Source: Acidobacteriota bacterium | GTDB taxonomy: Bacteria > Acidobacteriota > Aminicenantia > UBA2199 | Assembly: GCA_025456205.1 (NCBI GenBank) | Contig: JALOLA010000002.1 | Location: forward strand, 7,363 to 71,362 | Length of the DNA stretch: 64,000 nt | Direction of reading: 5' to 3' | In this document: positions 8,302 through 18,308 of the stretch, piece after piece | Numbering within the stretch: the first letter of the stretch is position 1 | Layout of the letters: each line of letters begins with the position of its first letter | Program-made: the position numbers and the translations under genes | Notes under the pieces: generated by a model | What the model saw: the letters and a program-made list of their open reading frames with translations, nothing else | Told to the model about the DNA's origin: nothing | Database searches by the model: none

Positions 8302-9192
8302 TCAGGCCCGATGCATGGCGAGGTGCTCTTCCAGCTGGGAAAAATTCGCCATGGCGGGGACGGCGCTGGCGATATAAGGTTTGTCCGTCACCCAGCGCAC
8401 GGCCCCGGCCTGCGATGGCGCCTCACCCTCCCGCAGGGCATAGGCCTGCGCCGAACAGGTTTTCATGGCCACAATGGCAATGCCCACTGCGTGGGCTCGT
8501 CCCATGGCCATGATCAGCCTGTCCTGGTCCCATTCAGACGCCCAACCGCCGATGGAATGCCGGAAGCCGCCAAAGGGATTGAATGGCAGCATGACCACTT
8601 CGAAAAATCCGCTTCTCAGCGTTTTTTCCAGGAGCGCCACATGGTTTTTATGGGTGGAAAAACCGCAGGCACGGATCTTGCCCGCCGCCTTGGCCCGGCG
8701 GAAAAAATCCTGTATGTCGTTTTGTTCAAGGATCGATTCCTCCTCGATCCCATGCAGCAGCATCACATCCAGCCAATCGGTCTGCAGGGCCTTCAAGCTC
8801 TGGTCCAACTGCATTTCCAAGCGCGCCGCAACCTCTTTGCCGGGCAGGGTGCCGGATAAGCCCTTCGGCAATTTGATCTTTGACTGGATGCGCACCTGTT
8901 GGCGTTTCCCCTGCAGCGCCCGGCCGAGCATCTCCTCATTTTTCCCGTTCATGTACGACCGTCCCGTATCGATAAAGCGGATGCCCCGCTCAACGGCTGC
9001 CTGGATCAATGCGGGTTCCAGGGTTCGGGAAGCTCCCAGGCCAAGGGCCGTGACACGCATGCCCGTCTTGCCCAGGTCCTTCATTGCCAGCGGATCCTTT
9101 TTCCCGTCCGCCCTGGTGGCTTTTGGCAAGCAGAAACCCGCTCCCGCGATCCCCGCCAGGGAACGAATAAAATGTTTCCGGGTGATCTTCAT
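8302..9192 (-). CDS. Aldo/keto reductase family oxidoreductase with a twin-arginine-type signal.
   Basis: GGAGG SD before the ATG at 9192. N-terminus MKITRKHFIRSLAGIAGAGF. AKR-like motifs (GLGASR, IDTGRSY, LLHG). Confidence 0.85.
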   Translation of the reverse strand: MKITRKHFIRSLAGIAGAGFCLPKATRADGKKDPLAMKDLGKTGMRVTALGLGASRTLEPALIQAAVERGIRFIDTGRSYMNGKNEEMLGRALQGKRQQVRIQSKIKLPKGLSGTLPGKEVAARLEMQLDQSLKALQTDWLDVMLLHGIEEESILEQNDIQDFFRRAKAAGKIRACGFSTHKNHVALLEKTLRSGFFEVVMLPFNPFGGFRHSIGGWASEWDQDRLIMAMGRAHAVGIAIVAMKTCSAQAYALREGEAPSQAGAVRWVTDKPYIASAVPAMANFSQLEEHLAMHRA

Positions 9193-9347
9193 CGGACCTC
9201 CACGCTGACGAACGCGGCCGAGGCCATGGCTGAAATCCTGTTTTGCCGGCAACGCGCTGCAGATAAAATGTAGCACGCTACCTCAATGACAGCAAGGGAA
9301 AACGAGCTCCTTTTGGGAACTTTGCCTGTATACCGGACCGCTTGCGC

Positions 9348-10058
9348 CTAACGGCTCGTCTCCAGGAAGCTTTCGACGGTGATGTACTCGGGAATGGGGG
9401 CCGGCCGGGACGCTTCGGCCAGGAGCAGCTGGACCGGCAGCGCGGGGTCCAGGACAATGTCCAGCGTCGAAAGATCGAGCCGGCCGGCGATCCATGCCTG
9501 GAAGGCGTTCAGCTGCTGCGCCTGCTCCTCGGTCGGCGGTTTGTCCCCGGCTTCGGCCAGCGTCACGTGCGGCCGGAACGAGGCGTCATAGGCTTCGGGC
9601 TTTTTCAGCCCGGCCCGGTTCAGCTCCTCCTTGATCCTGACGACCCGGTCATGCATGGGCTGCGGCAGTCCCTTCAGGTCGACCACCACCACGTGCCGGT
9701 TGCGGCCGATGATGGCGATCCCGGGCGCCAGCCGGACCGGCGCGCTGATCACATCGGCCATGGCCCGGCGCAGCAGCGGCAGGTTTTCGGCCGCCCAATC
9801 CCTGCCGATGTAGACCACGGTGACATGGAGGTCTTCGACCGCCTTCATTTTGAGGGCGGGAAAAAGCTTTTCCGCTTGCGGCCGCAGCGCGGCCCAGCGT
9901 CGGCCGAGCGGCGTGGCGCCGAACAGGATGGCGGAAAAGAGATTGCCCCTGGGGGGAGGGTTTTCCAGGGCGGCGATCCCGCTCTTCACCACAGCGCTTC
10001 CCGCCGCTGCCAGTGAAAGCAGGCAAGACAGGGTGCATGCCAGCCAGATACGCTTCAT
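9348..10058 (-). CDS. 2H phosphoesterase superfamily (LigT-like 2-prime,5-prime RNA ligase fold) protein with a signal peptide.
   Basis: Two HxT motifs (LHVTVVY, PHVTLAE). GGAGG SD. N-terminus MKRIWLACTLSCLLSLAAAGSA. Confidence 0.7.
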   Translation of the reverse strand: MKRIWLACTLSCLLSLAAAGSAVVKSGIAALENPPPRGNLFSAILFGATPLGRRWAALRPQAEKLFPALKMKAVEDLHVTVVYIGRDWAAENLPLLRRAMADVISAPVRLAPGIAIIGRNRHVVVVDLKGLPQPMHDRVVRIKEELNRAGLKKPEAYDASFRPHVTLAEAGDKPPTEEQAQQLNAFQAWIAGRLDLSTLDIVLDPALPVQLLLAEASRPAPIPEYITVESFLETSR

Positions 10059-10062
10059 GGGA

Positions 10063-10344
10063 TCACCTCCGGGAATTTGCCAGGCGCAGCTCGAGGCAGG
10101 CCGAGCCGCCGGCCGCGAAGTGGCGGCACACCAGCGGCCGGGTAGGGTAGATGGCGCAGCGGAAGCCCGGGCCGACGACCAGGAACGGGCAAACGGCATC
10201 GCGGCAGCCGTCGAGGCGGTTGCCGATCTCCGCCATCCCCTCATGCGCCCAGCGCTCGAGGTCCTCGGGGTAGGCAGCGGGCGGGCCGACCGGCTTGCGG
10301 CAGCACAGGCCGCAGGTCAGGCAGTCGGGCAGCTGGCCATTCAT
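10063..10344 (-). CDS. YkgJ-family cysteine-cluster protein (UPF0153).
   Basis: CLTCGLCC ... CPFL ... C motifs. 93 aa. Located 4 nt upstream of the 2H gene. Confidence 0.8.
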   Translation of the reverse strand: MNGQLPDCLTCGLCCRKPVGPPAAYPEDLERWAHEGMAEIGNRLDGCRDAVCPFLVVGPGFRCAIYPTRPLVCRHFAAGGSACLELRLANSRR

Positions 10345-10583
10345 TGCTTCGCGCCTCCGCTCACAGGGTAATCCAAATGGGAGCGGATATCAATCGTTGA
10401 GATGTCGGCATGGCAACGAAAGAATACTGGATGACGAAAAGGACGATTTTCAGCAAGAAGGGGAGAGCCGTTGCGCGGGCGGCATCTTTCCGCTACAATC
10501 CGACCCATGCGGAGGTGCACCATGGTCTTGCCGCTGGGAATGGCGGGCGTATTCAGCAGTTTTTCTTCTTCGCCGGGCAAGGC

Positions 10584-11753
10584 ATGACCCGGGGGATCTT
10601 TGTCGCCGGCGCGGGCAAGGATGCCGGAAAGACGACCCTGTGCCTGGGGCTGGCCGGTGCGTTCAACGCCCGCGTCGAGGGCGGCGTTTCATTTTTCAAG
10701 CCGCTGGGCCAGAAGATCACGGTGGTCAATGGCGAATCGGTCGGGCAGGATGCCTGGTTCATTTCCAGGGCCCTCGGGCTTTCCATCCCATCAGGGGAAT
10801 CGACCCCCCTGCTGGCATCCCGGGGCGCGGCCGAGAGGTATGTGCGCAGCGGCGAGCCGCAGGGGATGAAGGACGCCATTAAACGGGCATTCAGGGACTT
10901 GCAGAAAAACAACGGCCTGGTCCTGGTCGAGGGCACCGGGCACCCGGGCGTGGGTTCGGTGTTCGACCTCGGGAACGCCAGGGTGGCCTCCATACTGGGG
11001 ATCCCGGTCATCCTGGTCCTGGATGGCGGGGTGGGAAGCACCATCGACAGCTTCTGCCTTTGTCACGACATGTTCAAGACCCATGGCGTTCCCCTGCTGG
11101 GGGTGGTGATCAATCGCGTTCTGCCGGCGAAAATGGAATCGGTGTCCCAGGTGTTGCGCATGTGGTTCGGCGCGAGGGGCATCCCCGTTTTCGGCATCCT
11201 CCCCTTTGAAGAGCCGATCGCCCGGCCATCGATCGCCACGATCACGCGCGAGATCGGCGCCGCGCCGCTCTTCCCGTCCGCTGCCGCCCCCGCGGGCACG
11301 GGGTCAGGGTTCATCACCGCCTTCGATTCTTCGGAAGAGGTGCTGCGGAAAATAGAAACGGGGGCAGGCAAGGCCCTGCTGGTGAGCCAGTCCCGGCCCG
11401 AACTGATCGATGCCCTGATCGTGTCACGGCTCTCGGGAGGCCCCTGCCCTCCGGTCATCGTGGTCTGCGGCGGCGCTCCCGACCAGCGGCGGCAGGCCGC
11501 CTGCAGCGCGGCGGGGATCCCGCTCTTCTTCACCGGCAGCAGCCTGGAGGGCTCGGCGCTGAAGCTTTCCCGCGGCCTGTTCAAGATCGAGCCCGAGGAA
11601 AACGAAAAGATCGCCTCCATCATCAGCATGGTGGCCCGGGAGGTCGACACCGAAGCGATCCTCGCGGCCCTGGACGGCCTGACCGGCGCTTCCCAACGGC
11701 GATCCGGGCGGGGCATCTTCGGATTTCTCAAGCGCCTTTTCCGCCGCGGCTAG
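10584..11753 (+). CDS. Stand-alone Pta-N-terminal-like protein: a BioD/CobQ-like P-loop domain plus a DRTGG domain, with no acetyltransferase domain.
   Basis: GAGKDAGKTT P-loop, VLVEGTGHPGVG, and a C-terminal DRTGG-like region. The start was chosen at the ATG just before the P-loop; the upstream 58 codons look non-coding. Confidence 0.7.
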   Translation: MTRGIFVAGAGKDAGKTTLCLGLAGAFNARVEGGVSFFKPLGQKITVVNGESVGQDAWFISRALGLSIPSGESTPLLASRGAAERYVRSGEPQGMKDAIKRAFRDLQKNNGLVLVEGTGHPGVGSVFDLGNARVASILGIPVILVLDGGVGSTIDSFCLCHDMFKTHGVPLLGVVINRVLPAKMESVSQVLRMWFGARGIPVFGILPFEEPIARPSIATITREIGAAPLFPSAAAPAGTGSGFITAFDSSEEVLRKIETGAGKALLVSQSRPELIDALIVSRLSGGPCPPVIVVCGGAPDQRRQAACSAAGIPLFFTGSSLEGSALKLSRGLFKIEPEENEKIASIISMVAREVDTEAILAALDGLTGASQRRSGRGIFGFLKRLFRRG

Positions 11754-11781
11754 CTCTCTCTGGACTTGCAAGGAGAAGACA

Positions 11782-14475
11782 ATGGATCCCATGAATGCAA
11801 AGGGGAATGAATCGATTCACTGGCACCAGCTTGATCTTAAGATGGTGTTGGAGAAACTGCAATCATCCGCTATGGGCCTTGTTTCCGAAGAGGCCCATCG
11901 ACGCTTCGAGCACTATGGTCCCAACGAACTGATCGAGAAAAAACACAAATCGTTATGGATGATGTTTTTTGATCAGTTCAAGGATTTCATGATCCTGGTG
12001 CTGATCGCCGCCGCCGTTGTGGCCGGCGTGATCGGTGACCCCGTGGATGCCATCGCCATCGCCGTGATTGTGCTGGTGAATGCCGTGCTTGGGTTCGTCC
12101 AGGAATACCGTGCCGAAAAAGCCATGGCCGCTCTGAAAAAGCTGGCAGCCCCTTCGGCGACCGTCATTCGGGGCGGTGCGCCTGAATCGATCACTGCGGA
12201 ACGGCTTGTGCCCGGAGACATGGTGATCCTGGAGGCCGGCAACGTGGTGCCGGCCGATATCCGGCTGATGGAAGTGGCCCAGCTTCGAATCGATGAAGCG
12301 GCTTTGACCGGTGAATCCGAGCCGGTTGAAAAAGACACCTCAGTGCTGAGCGAAACCGGCCTGTCAATCGGCGACCGCAAAAACATGGCCTATAAGGGAA
12401 CGGTGGTCGCCTATGGCCGCGGGCGAGGCCTGGTGGCGGACACCGGGATGCGCACGGAACTGGGACGGATCGCCGCTCTGCTCCAAGCGCAGGACGAGAG
12501 ACGCACGCCACTTCAGAAACGGCTGGCCTCCTTCGGTCAGAAGCTTACTTACGCGGTTCTTGCCATCTGCACGATTGTTTTTTTGACCGGTCTCCTGCGG
12601 GGAGAACCTCCGCTGTTGATTCTGCTCACGGCCATCTCTTTGGCTGTGGCCGCCATTCCGGAAGCCCTGCCTGCCGTCATTACCATTTCCCTGGCCTTGG
12701 GGGCCAAGAAGATGGTCAAGCGGCAAGCATTGATTCGGAAACTGCCGGCGGTGGAAACCCTGGGATCGGTCACCTATATCTGCTCCGATAAGACAGGAAC
12801 CCTGACATTGAACCGCATGACCGTGGAAAAGGTTTATGCTGACGGGCGGCTGCTACGGACCGACGAACTGCCCTCAGGCCACGATCAGGCGAAAGACGGC
12901 TTGCACGGCGGGAAGAACCTCTTTGATCTGCTGTTCAGCGCCCTTGCCCTTTGCAATGACACCCGCGTGGATGGCTCCGGCACCCTTATCGGTGATCCGA
13001 CCGAAACGGCCTTGTTCGATCTATCCCGCAAAAAAGGCTTTCTTCGGGAGGGATTGGGCGAAAAATATCATAGACTGGGAGAAATTCCATTCGACTCTGA
13101 GCGGAAGCTCATGACCACATTCCATCCATGGGAAAACGGCCGGGTCGTTTCTTTCACCAAAGGGGCGGTTGAGGAAATTGTGGAACGTTCCGTAAAGGTC
13201 CTTGCCCACCAAGGTCAGGAAGAAATTGACCGCCGCAGAATTCTGGAAACCGCCGAAGGAATCGCCGGTGACGGTTTGAGAGCATTGGGTTTCGCCATGC
13301 GGGTCTGGGATAAACTTCCCGATCCACCGACTTCCGAGCAAGCGGAAAAGGAGTTGGTCCTGATCGGGATCGTTGGCATGATGGACCCGCCCCGGCCCGA
13401 GGCAAAGGAGTCGGTCGCCATGTGCCGGTCCGCAGGCATCCGTCCGGTAATGATCACCGGGGACCATCCGCTGACTGCCAATGTGATTGCCAGGAGGGTC
13501 GGGATCATTCACGGGCAGAGCGGGGCCGTCATGACCGGCCGGGAACTGGCGCAGCTTAGCTTGGAGGAATTCGAAGACAAGGTGGAAAAGATAAGCGTTT
13601 ACGCCCGGGTCGCTCCCGAACAAAAACTCAAGATCGTCATCGCACTGCAGGATAAAGGGCATTTTGTGGCTATGACGGGGGATGGGGTGAACGATGCCCC
13701 TGCATTGAAACGCGCGGATATCGGCGTGGCCATGGGCATTACCGGCACCGATGTGTCCAAGGAAGCCTCGCACATGATCCTGCTCGACGATAACTTTGCC
13801 ACGATCATCAAGGCCGTCAGGGAAGGCCGGCGCATCTTCGACAACATCCGCAAGTTCATCAAATACACCATGACCAGCAACTGGGGCGAGATCTCCGCCA
13901 TTTTTTTGGCGCCGTTTCTCGGGCTGCCCATTCCCTTGCTGCCGATCCATATCCTTTGGATCAATCTGGTGACCGACGGCATTCCCGGCTTGGCCCTGGC
14001 CGCCGAGTCGGGTGAAAAGAACATTATGCGCCGTCCTCCCCGACATCCGCAGGAAAGCATTTTCTCCAAGGGTTTGGGAGCCCACATCATCTGGGTCGGA
14101 CTGCTCATGGGCGCGGTTTCCATCCTGACCCAGGCCATGTTCATCGACGAAAGCCAGACCCCCTGGCAAACCATGGTTTTCACCGTCCTCTGCTTGAGTC
14201 AAATGGGACACGTGCTGGCCATTCGCTCCGAACAGGAATCTTTCTTCAAGCAGAAGACCAATCTGCCGCTTCTTGGGGCTGTCTTGCTGACCTTTGCCCT
14301 GCAGATGGCCACTATCTATGTGCCGTTCTTGAACCCGATTTTCAAAACCGAACCACTCACTGCCGGGGAACTTGCTGTAACGATTCTGCTTTCAAGCGTA
14401 GTATTTATGGCCGTGGAATTGGAAAAGATGATCAAGCGATCGAGAAATGATGCGGCACTAGCTACGGGTCTATAG
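11782..14475 (+). CDS. P-type cation-transporting ATPase, type IIA (Ca2+/SERCA-like).
   Basis: Contains TGES, DKTGTLT, TGDHPLTA, MTGDGVNDAPALKRADIGVAMG and 10 TM segments. AAGGAG SD. Confidence 0.95.
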   Translation: MDPMNAKGNESIHWHQLDLKMVLEKLQSSAMGLVSEEAHRRFEHYGPNELIEKKHKSLWMMFFDQFKDFMILVLIAAAVVAGVIGDPVDAIAIAVIVLVNAVLGFVQEYRAEKAMAALKKLAAPSATVIRGGAPESITAERLVPGDMVILEAGNVVPADIRLMEVAQLRIDEAALTGESEPVEKDTSVLSETGLSIGDRKNMAYKGTVVAYGRGRGLVADTGMRTELGRIAALLQAQDERRTPLQKRLASFGQKLTYAVLAICTIVFLTGLLRGEPPLLILLTAISLAVAAIPEALPAVITISLALGAKKMVKRQALIRKLPAVETLGSVTYICSDKTGTLTLNRMTVEKVYADGRLLRTDELPSGHDQAKDGLHGGKNLFDLLFSALALCNDTRVDGSGTLIGDPTETALFDLSRKKGFLREGLGEKYHRLGEIPFDSERKLMTTFHPWENGRVVSFTKGAVEEIVERSVKVLAHQGQEEIDRRRILETAEGIAGDGLRALGFAMRVWDKLPDPPTSEQAEKELVLIGIVGMMDPPRPEAKESVAMCRSAGIRPVMITGDHPLTANVIARRVGIIHGQSGAVMTGRELAQLSLEEFEDKVEKISVYARVAPEQKLKIVIALQDKGHFVAMTGDGVNDAPALKRADIGVAMGITGTDVSKEASHMILLDDNFATIIKAVREGRRIFDNIRKFIKYTMTSNWGEISAIFLAPFLGLPIPLLPIHILWINLVTDGIPGLALAAESGEKNIMRRPPRHPQESIFSKGLGAHIIWVGLLMGAVSILTQAMFIDESQTPWQTMVFTVLCLSQMGHVLAIRSEQESFFKQKTNLPLLGAVLLTFALQMATIYVPFLNPIFKTEPLTAGELAVTILLSSVVFMAVELEKMIKRSRNDAALATGL

Positions 14476-14578
14476 CAGGAGGCTTTTTCCGCGCACGAAG
14501 ATCATCGGCACCATCGGCCCCGCTTCGGAATTCGGGAATTTTGGCGACGGTGCTTATACGCAAGCACGGACTCTCAAT

Positions 14579-14628
14579 GTAAAGGAAAAAGATGAAAGTG
14601 GAAAGTGAAAAGCAAAAAAAAATCACTG
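14579..14628. repeat. Purine-rich word array (TGAAAG/TGGAAAG/TGAAAAG).
   Basis: gtaaaggaaaaagatgaaagtggaaagtgaaaagcaaaaaaaaatcac, in the spacer between the ATPase and acyl-CoA synthetase genes. Confidence 0.45.
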
Positions 14629-14788
14629 GCGGACGGCAGAAGAGAAGATCGTATCGGGGTCGGCGCTTGATATCGCGGCCCTGGCGGTATAGACTGCCCC
14701 CATGCGGCATAAGCGCCCGACTTTTTTAATTCCCAATGCCAGGAACTGATTCCAGGATGGATCCGGAACCAATGATCAGGGGGTGACG

Positions 14789-16631
14789 ATGTCCCGCACG
14801 CTGAACCGCCTATTTGTCGAGAGCGTTGAGAGATTTCCCGGCCGCGTCCTGCTTTGGGAAAAAAGGGGGCCGCGCTACGAGGGGATCACCTATGCCGAAA
14901 TGCGCGAGCAGGCGCAGCGCTTCGGCGCCGGGCTCATGCGCCTCGGCGTCCGCAAAGGGGATCGCATCGCCCTCATCTCCGAAGGCCGCGCCGACTGGGT
15001 GTGGAGCGAGCTCGGCATCCTCCTCGCCGGGGCGGTGAACGTCCCCATATCGGTCCGCGTCGACGAGCTGTCGGAACTCAAGTTCCGCCTTGCCCACTCG
15101 GGCTGCCGGCTGGCGGTGGTGTCGCGCAGCCAGCTGGCCAAGGTCCGGCAGATAAAGAACGACCTGCCGGAACTGGAAAAAACCATCGCCCTCGATCCCC
15201 CGGAGGACCTGCAGAAGGACGAGCTGACCGGCGACGACGTCCGGCGCCTGGGCGGCGAATTCCTGGCCGGCAGCGAAAGGGAGTTCACCGACCGCTGGCA
15301 GTCCGTGGGCGAGGGCGACTACGCCACCATCAGCTACACGTCGGGAACGACCGCCGAGCCCAAGGGCATCATTCTCACCCACCGCAACTATACGGCCAAC
15401 ATCGAGCAGGCCAACTCCCTCATCCCCTGCCCGCCGCGCTACGTGACCCTGCTCATCCTGCCCTGGGACCATGCCTTCGCCCATACCTGCGGCATCTACG
15501 CCATGATGAAGAACGGCGCCGCCCTGGCCGCGGTGCAGCAGGGAAAGACCGGCCTGGAGACGCTGAAGAACATCCCGCAGAACATCCGCGAGATCCGGCC
15601 CACCATCCTGCTGAGCGCCCCGGCCCTGGCCAGGAACTTCCGCAAGAACATCGAGAAAGGCGTCCAGGAGAAGGGCGCCGGCGTGGAGTCGCTGTTCCGC
15701 CGGGCGCTGCGCCTGGCCTATGACTACAACGGCGAGGGCTGGAACCGCGGCCATGGGCTGAAAAAGATCAGGAAGCCGCTCCTGCTCCTCTATGACCGGC
15801 TGATCTTCAGCAAGATCCGCCGCAATTTCGGCGGCCGTCTCGAGTATTTCGTCGGCGGCGCCGCGCTGCTGGACATCGAGCTGCAGCGGTTCTTTTACGC
15901 CACCCCGGCACCACAAGCTGGGGTCCTCGGGCCGGCCGGTGGCGAACCTGGATGTGCGCATCTGCGACGAGCAGGGCAACTCGCTGCCGCCTGGCAGCCG
16001 GGGCGAGATCGTGATCCGCGGCGAGAACGTCATGGCCGGCTATTGGAGGAACGAGAAGGCGACGCGGGAGGCCCTGCGCGACGGCTGGCTGTACACCGGC
16101 GACATCGGCTACCTGGACCGGGACGGCTTCCTCTTCGTCCTCGGCCGCAACAAGAGCCTGCTGATCGCCGACGATGGCGAGAAGTTCAGCCCGGAGGTCA
16201 TCGAGGAGACCATCTGCAGCCGCTCGCCGTACATCGAGCAGCTCATGCTCCACAACAACCAGTCGCCCTACACGGTGGCATTGCTGGTGCCCAACAAGGA
16301 GGCGCTCCTGCGCCGGCTTCACGAACAGGGACTGTCCTGCGCCGCCCGGGATGGCCAGGAAGCCGCGCTGCGGCTCCTGCAGGCGGAGATCAACGCCTTC
16401 CGTGACGACGGCGCCCACGCCGGCCTCTTTCCTTCGCGCTGGCTGCCGGCGGCGGTGGCCGTGCTCGGCGAGGGTTTCACCGAGCAGAACCGCTTCCTGA
16501 ACTCGACCATGAAGATGGTCCGCGGCCGCATCGAGGATTTCTATCGCAGCCGCATCGATCACCTCTTCACCGCCGAGGGCAAGCCCATCGTCAATCCCCG
16601 GAACCTGACCATCGTCAGCCGCTGGGAGTGA
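14789..16631 (+). pseudogene. Long-chain acyl-CoA synthetase (AMP-binding family) disrupted by an internal out-of-frame deletion near 15897-15905.
   Basis: The frame-1 product reads correctly up to LQRFFYA. The frame-3 product resumes at PRHHKLGSSGRPVANLDVRI...GYW...DGWLYTGDIG. The expected block of about 20 aa with the GYG-x-TE motif is absent. Confidence 0.8.
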
Positions 16632-16655
16632 TCCGGGGGCGGTGAGAGCCGGATC
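16630..16655 (+). terminator. Weak hairpin overlapping the stop of the acyl-CoA synthetase gene.
   Basis: Stem gatccgg / ccggatc with a 12-nt loop, followed by tgtt. Poor U-tract. Confidence 0.2.
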
Positions 16656-16776
16656 TGTTCCGGGAGAGGATCGAGGGGGGGATCAGCGGCAAAGGCTCAG
16701 GGACGGAGATCGTTTTTCCAGGCGCTGGCGACTCCGGGAACCACAGAGACGGCGGGGAGAATGGCCGCTTACAGGA

Positions 16777-17703
16777 TCATTCTCCGGGGAAATGCCTTTC
16801 GAGAAATCCCAGCAGCGTTTGCGCGTACTCCGGGTCTTTCTCGGGGGCGGTGAAGTGGTCGGTCAGGAAATGCCGGTCTCCCTGGCGCACGAACGTCTCC
16901 ACATGCGCCGGGGCGCTCCGCCTGAGCCTTTCAAAGCAGGCGAACGGGACCTGGGAATCTCCCCGGCTGTGCATCAGCAGGGCCGGCCTCTTTCCCAGAT
17001 TATTGATCTCGATCCTGGGGCTGAGCCGCCAGCCGTTCACGCCGAACTTGATCGACGCCGCCAGCACCGAGAACGGCTTTACGATCCTGGCCAGGAGGGC
17101 CGGAGCCTGCGCCGCCATGCCTTCATAAAAGACGTCCTGCCATGACGAATAGGCCGACAGGCTGATCAGGCCATCGATGGCCGCGATCTTCCCGGTGGCG
17201 ATGATGGCGCTCGCCCCGCCCATGGAAAGGCCGAAAACCACGATCGGGAGGCCGCGGTAGGCCGCCTGCGCCTCGATCCATTCGACCACCGCCCTCACGT
17301 CCAGGTGCTCCTTGTAGCCCAGGCAGATGACGTCACCGCCGCTGGCCCCGTGCGCGCGCAGATCGACCAGCACGCTGGCATAGCCATGCTCCTGGAAGAG
17401 GCGGGCATGCCCGAAAAAAGCGGTCACGGACGGGTTGTGGATCCCGGAGAGGCAGACGATCACCGCCTTGGGACCGCTTGTCGTGACCTCGTGAGCGGCA
17501 ATGCGCAGCCCGTCGCGGGTGGTGACGAAGAACGGCTCGGCGGTAATTCCGAAGTCGGCAGCCGACCAGACCTCGTCGTAGTCGACGTGCCGGTCGACCA
17601 TTGGGCCCATCATCGCAAACGGGATGTAGGCGAGAAACGCGACCGGCAATGCGGCGAAAACGATGATCCAAAAAATAATTTTCCTCTTTTTACTCTTTTC
17701 CAT
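16777..17703 (-). CDS. Alpha/beta hydrolase with an N-terminal membrane anchor.
   Basis: GLSMGG nucleophile elbow and a C-terminal HSRGD/H triad region. The start at MEKSKK fits the promoter geometry; the ATG at 17724 is an alternative. Confidence 0.8.
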   Translation of the reverse strand: MEKSKKRKIIFWIIVFAALPVAFLAYIPFAMMGPMVDRHVDYDEVWSAADFGITAEPFFVTTRDGLRIAAHEVTTSGPKAVIVCLSGIHNPSVTAFFGHARLFQEHGYASVLVDLRAHGASGGDVICLGYKEHLDVRAVVEWIEAQAAYRGLPIVVFGLSMGGASAIIATGKIAAIDGLISLSAYSSWQDVFYEGMAAQAPALLARIVKPFSVLAASIKFGVNGWRLSPRIEINNLGKRPALLMHSRGDSQVPFACFERLRRSAPAHVETFVRQGDRHFLTDHFTAPEKDPEYAQTLLGFLERHFPGE

Positions 17704-17712
17704 GCCGGCGCC

Positions 17713-17741
17713 ATTCTGCATCAAGATGGAATGCGTGTCAA
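17713..17741 (-). promoter_or_regulatory. Promoter TTGACA-17-CAGAAT, near-leaderless.
   Basis: Consensus -35 at 17741-17736. The -10 ends 9 nt before the ATG at 17703. Confidence 0.4.
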
Positions 17742-17840
17742 TGAAGGCCGTGAAAGCCCGCGGTGGACTGAAGTATCAAGAGATCGTACGGCTGCCAGAG
17801 TTTTCCGGAGTCCATGGAAGCCCCTTCGCGGCGGATTCCG

Positions 17841-17885
17841 CTTCTTCAACCGCGAACTTCGAGTTTTGAACTTCTTTCTTCAACC
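17841..17885. repeat. TTCGA-family heptad array in reverse orientation.
   Basis: cttcttcaaccgcgaacttcgagttttgaacttctttcttcaacc. Its reverse complement resembles the GTTCGAW...GTTGAAGAAG consensus. Confidence 0.5.
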
Positions 17886-17911
17886 TTGCGCGGCCGCCGC
17901 GGCGAAAAGCC

Positions 17912-17941
17912 TTGACTTGTAATTAGGATATATACTATAGT
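17912..17941 (+). promoter_or_regulatory. Promoter TTGACT-18-TATAGT for the yjcH-actP operon.
   Basis: Located about 85 nt upstream of the ATG at 18027 in a divergent spacer. Confidence 0.45.
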
Positions 17942-18026
17942 TCTCCGTCGCCATTTTTCGTGAAAACCAGCGGAAAGGATCGTTCAGGATAGATTGAAGT
18001 GGAACTTTTTTGACAAGGAGGCTCGC

Positions 18027-18308
18027 ATGCTGCATGGACCATCGGTGGAACTGGGCAAGGACAGGTCGGTTCCCAAGAAAACCAGGCTGGGCGTGGTGAT
18101 GTTCATCATCTACATGGTCATCTACGCCGGGTTCGTCTTCATCGGCGCGCGGTTCCCCAAGGCCCTGGGCGCCCGGTTGGCCGGCGGCCAGAACCTGGCT
18201 TTCCTGTACGGCATGGGGCTGATCGTCCTGGCCGCGGTCATGGGGTTGATCTACAACTTCCTGTGCACGCGGCTGGAGGACAGGATGAATGAAGAGGAGC
18301 AATCATGA
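18027..18308 (+). CDS. yjcH: DUF485 inner-membrane protein (YjcH-like partner of ActP).
   Basis: Two TM helices. AAGGAGG lies 6 nt before the ATG at 18027. 4-nt overlap with actP. Confidence 0.85.
   Translation: MLHGPSVELGKDRSVPKKTRLGVVMFIIYMVIYAGFVFIGARFPKALGARLAGGQNLAFLYGMGLIVLAAVMGLIYNFLCTRLEDRMNEEEQS

Noticed and set aside
13021-14211. A 396-aa minus-strand ORF inside the P-type ATPase gene.
   Set aside because: It is antisense to a gene carrying all P-type ATPase signature motifs.
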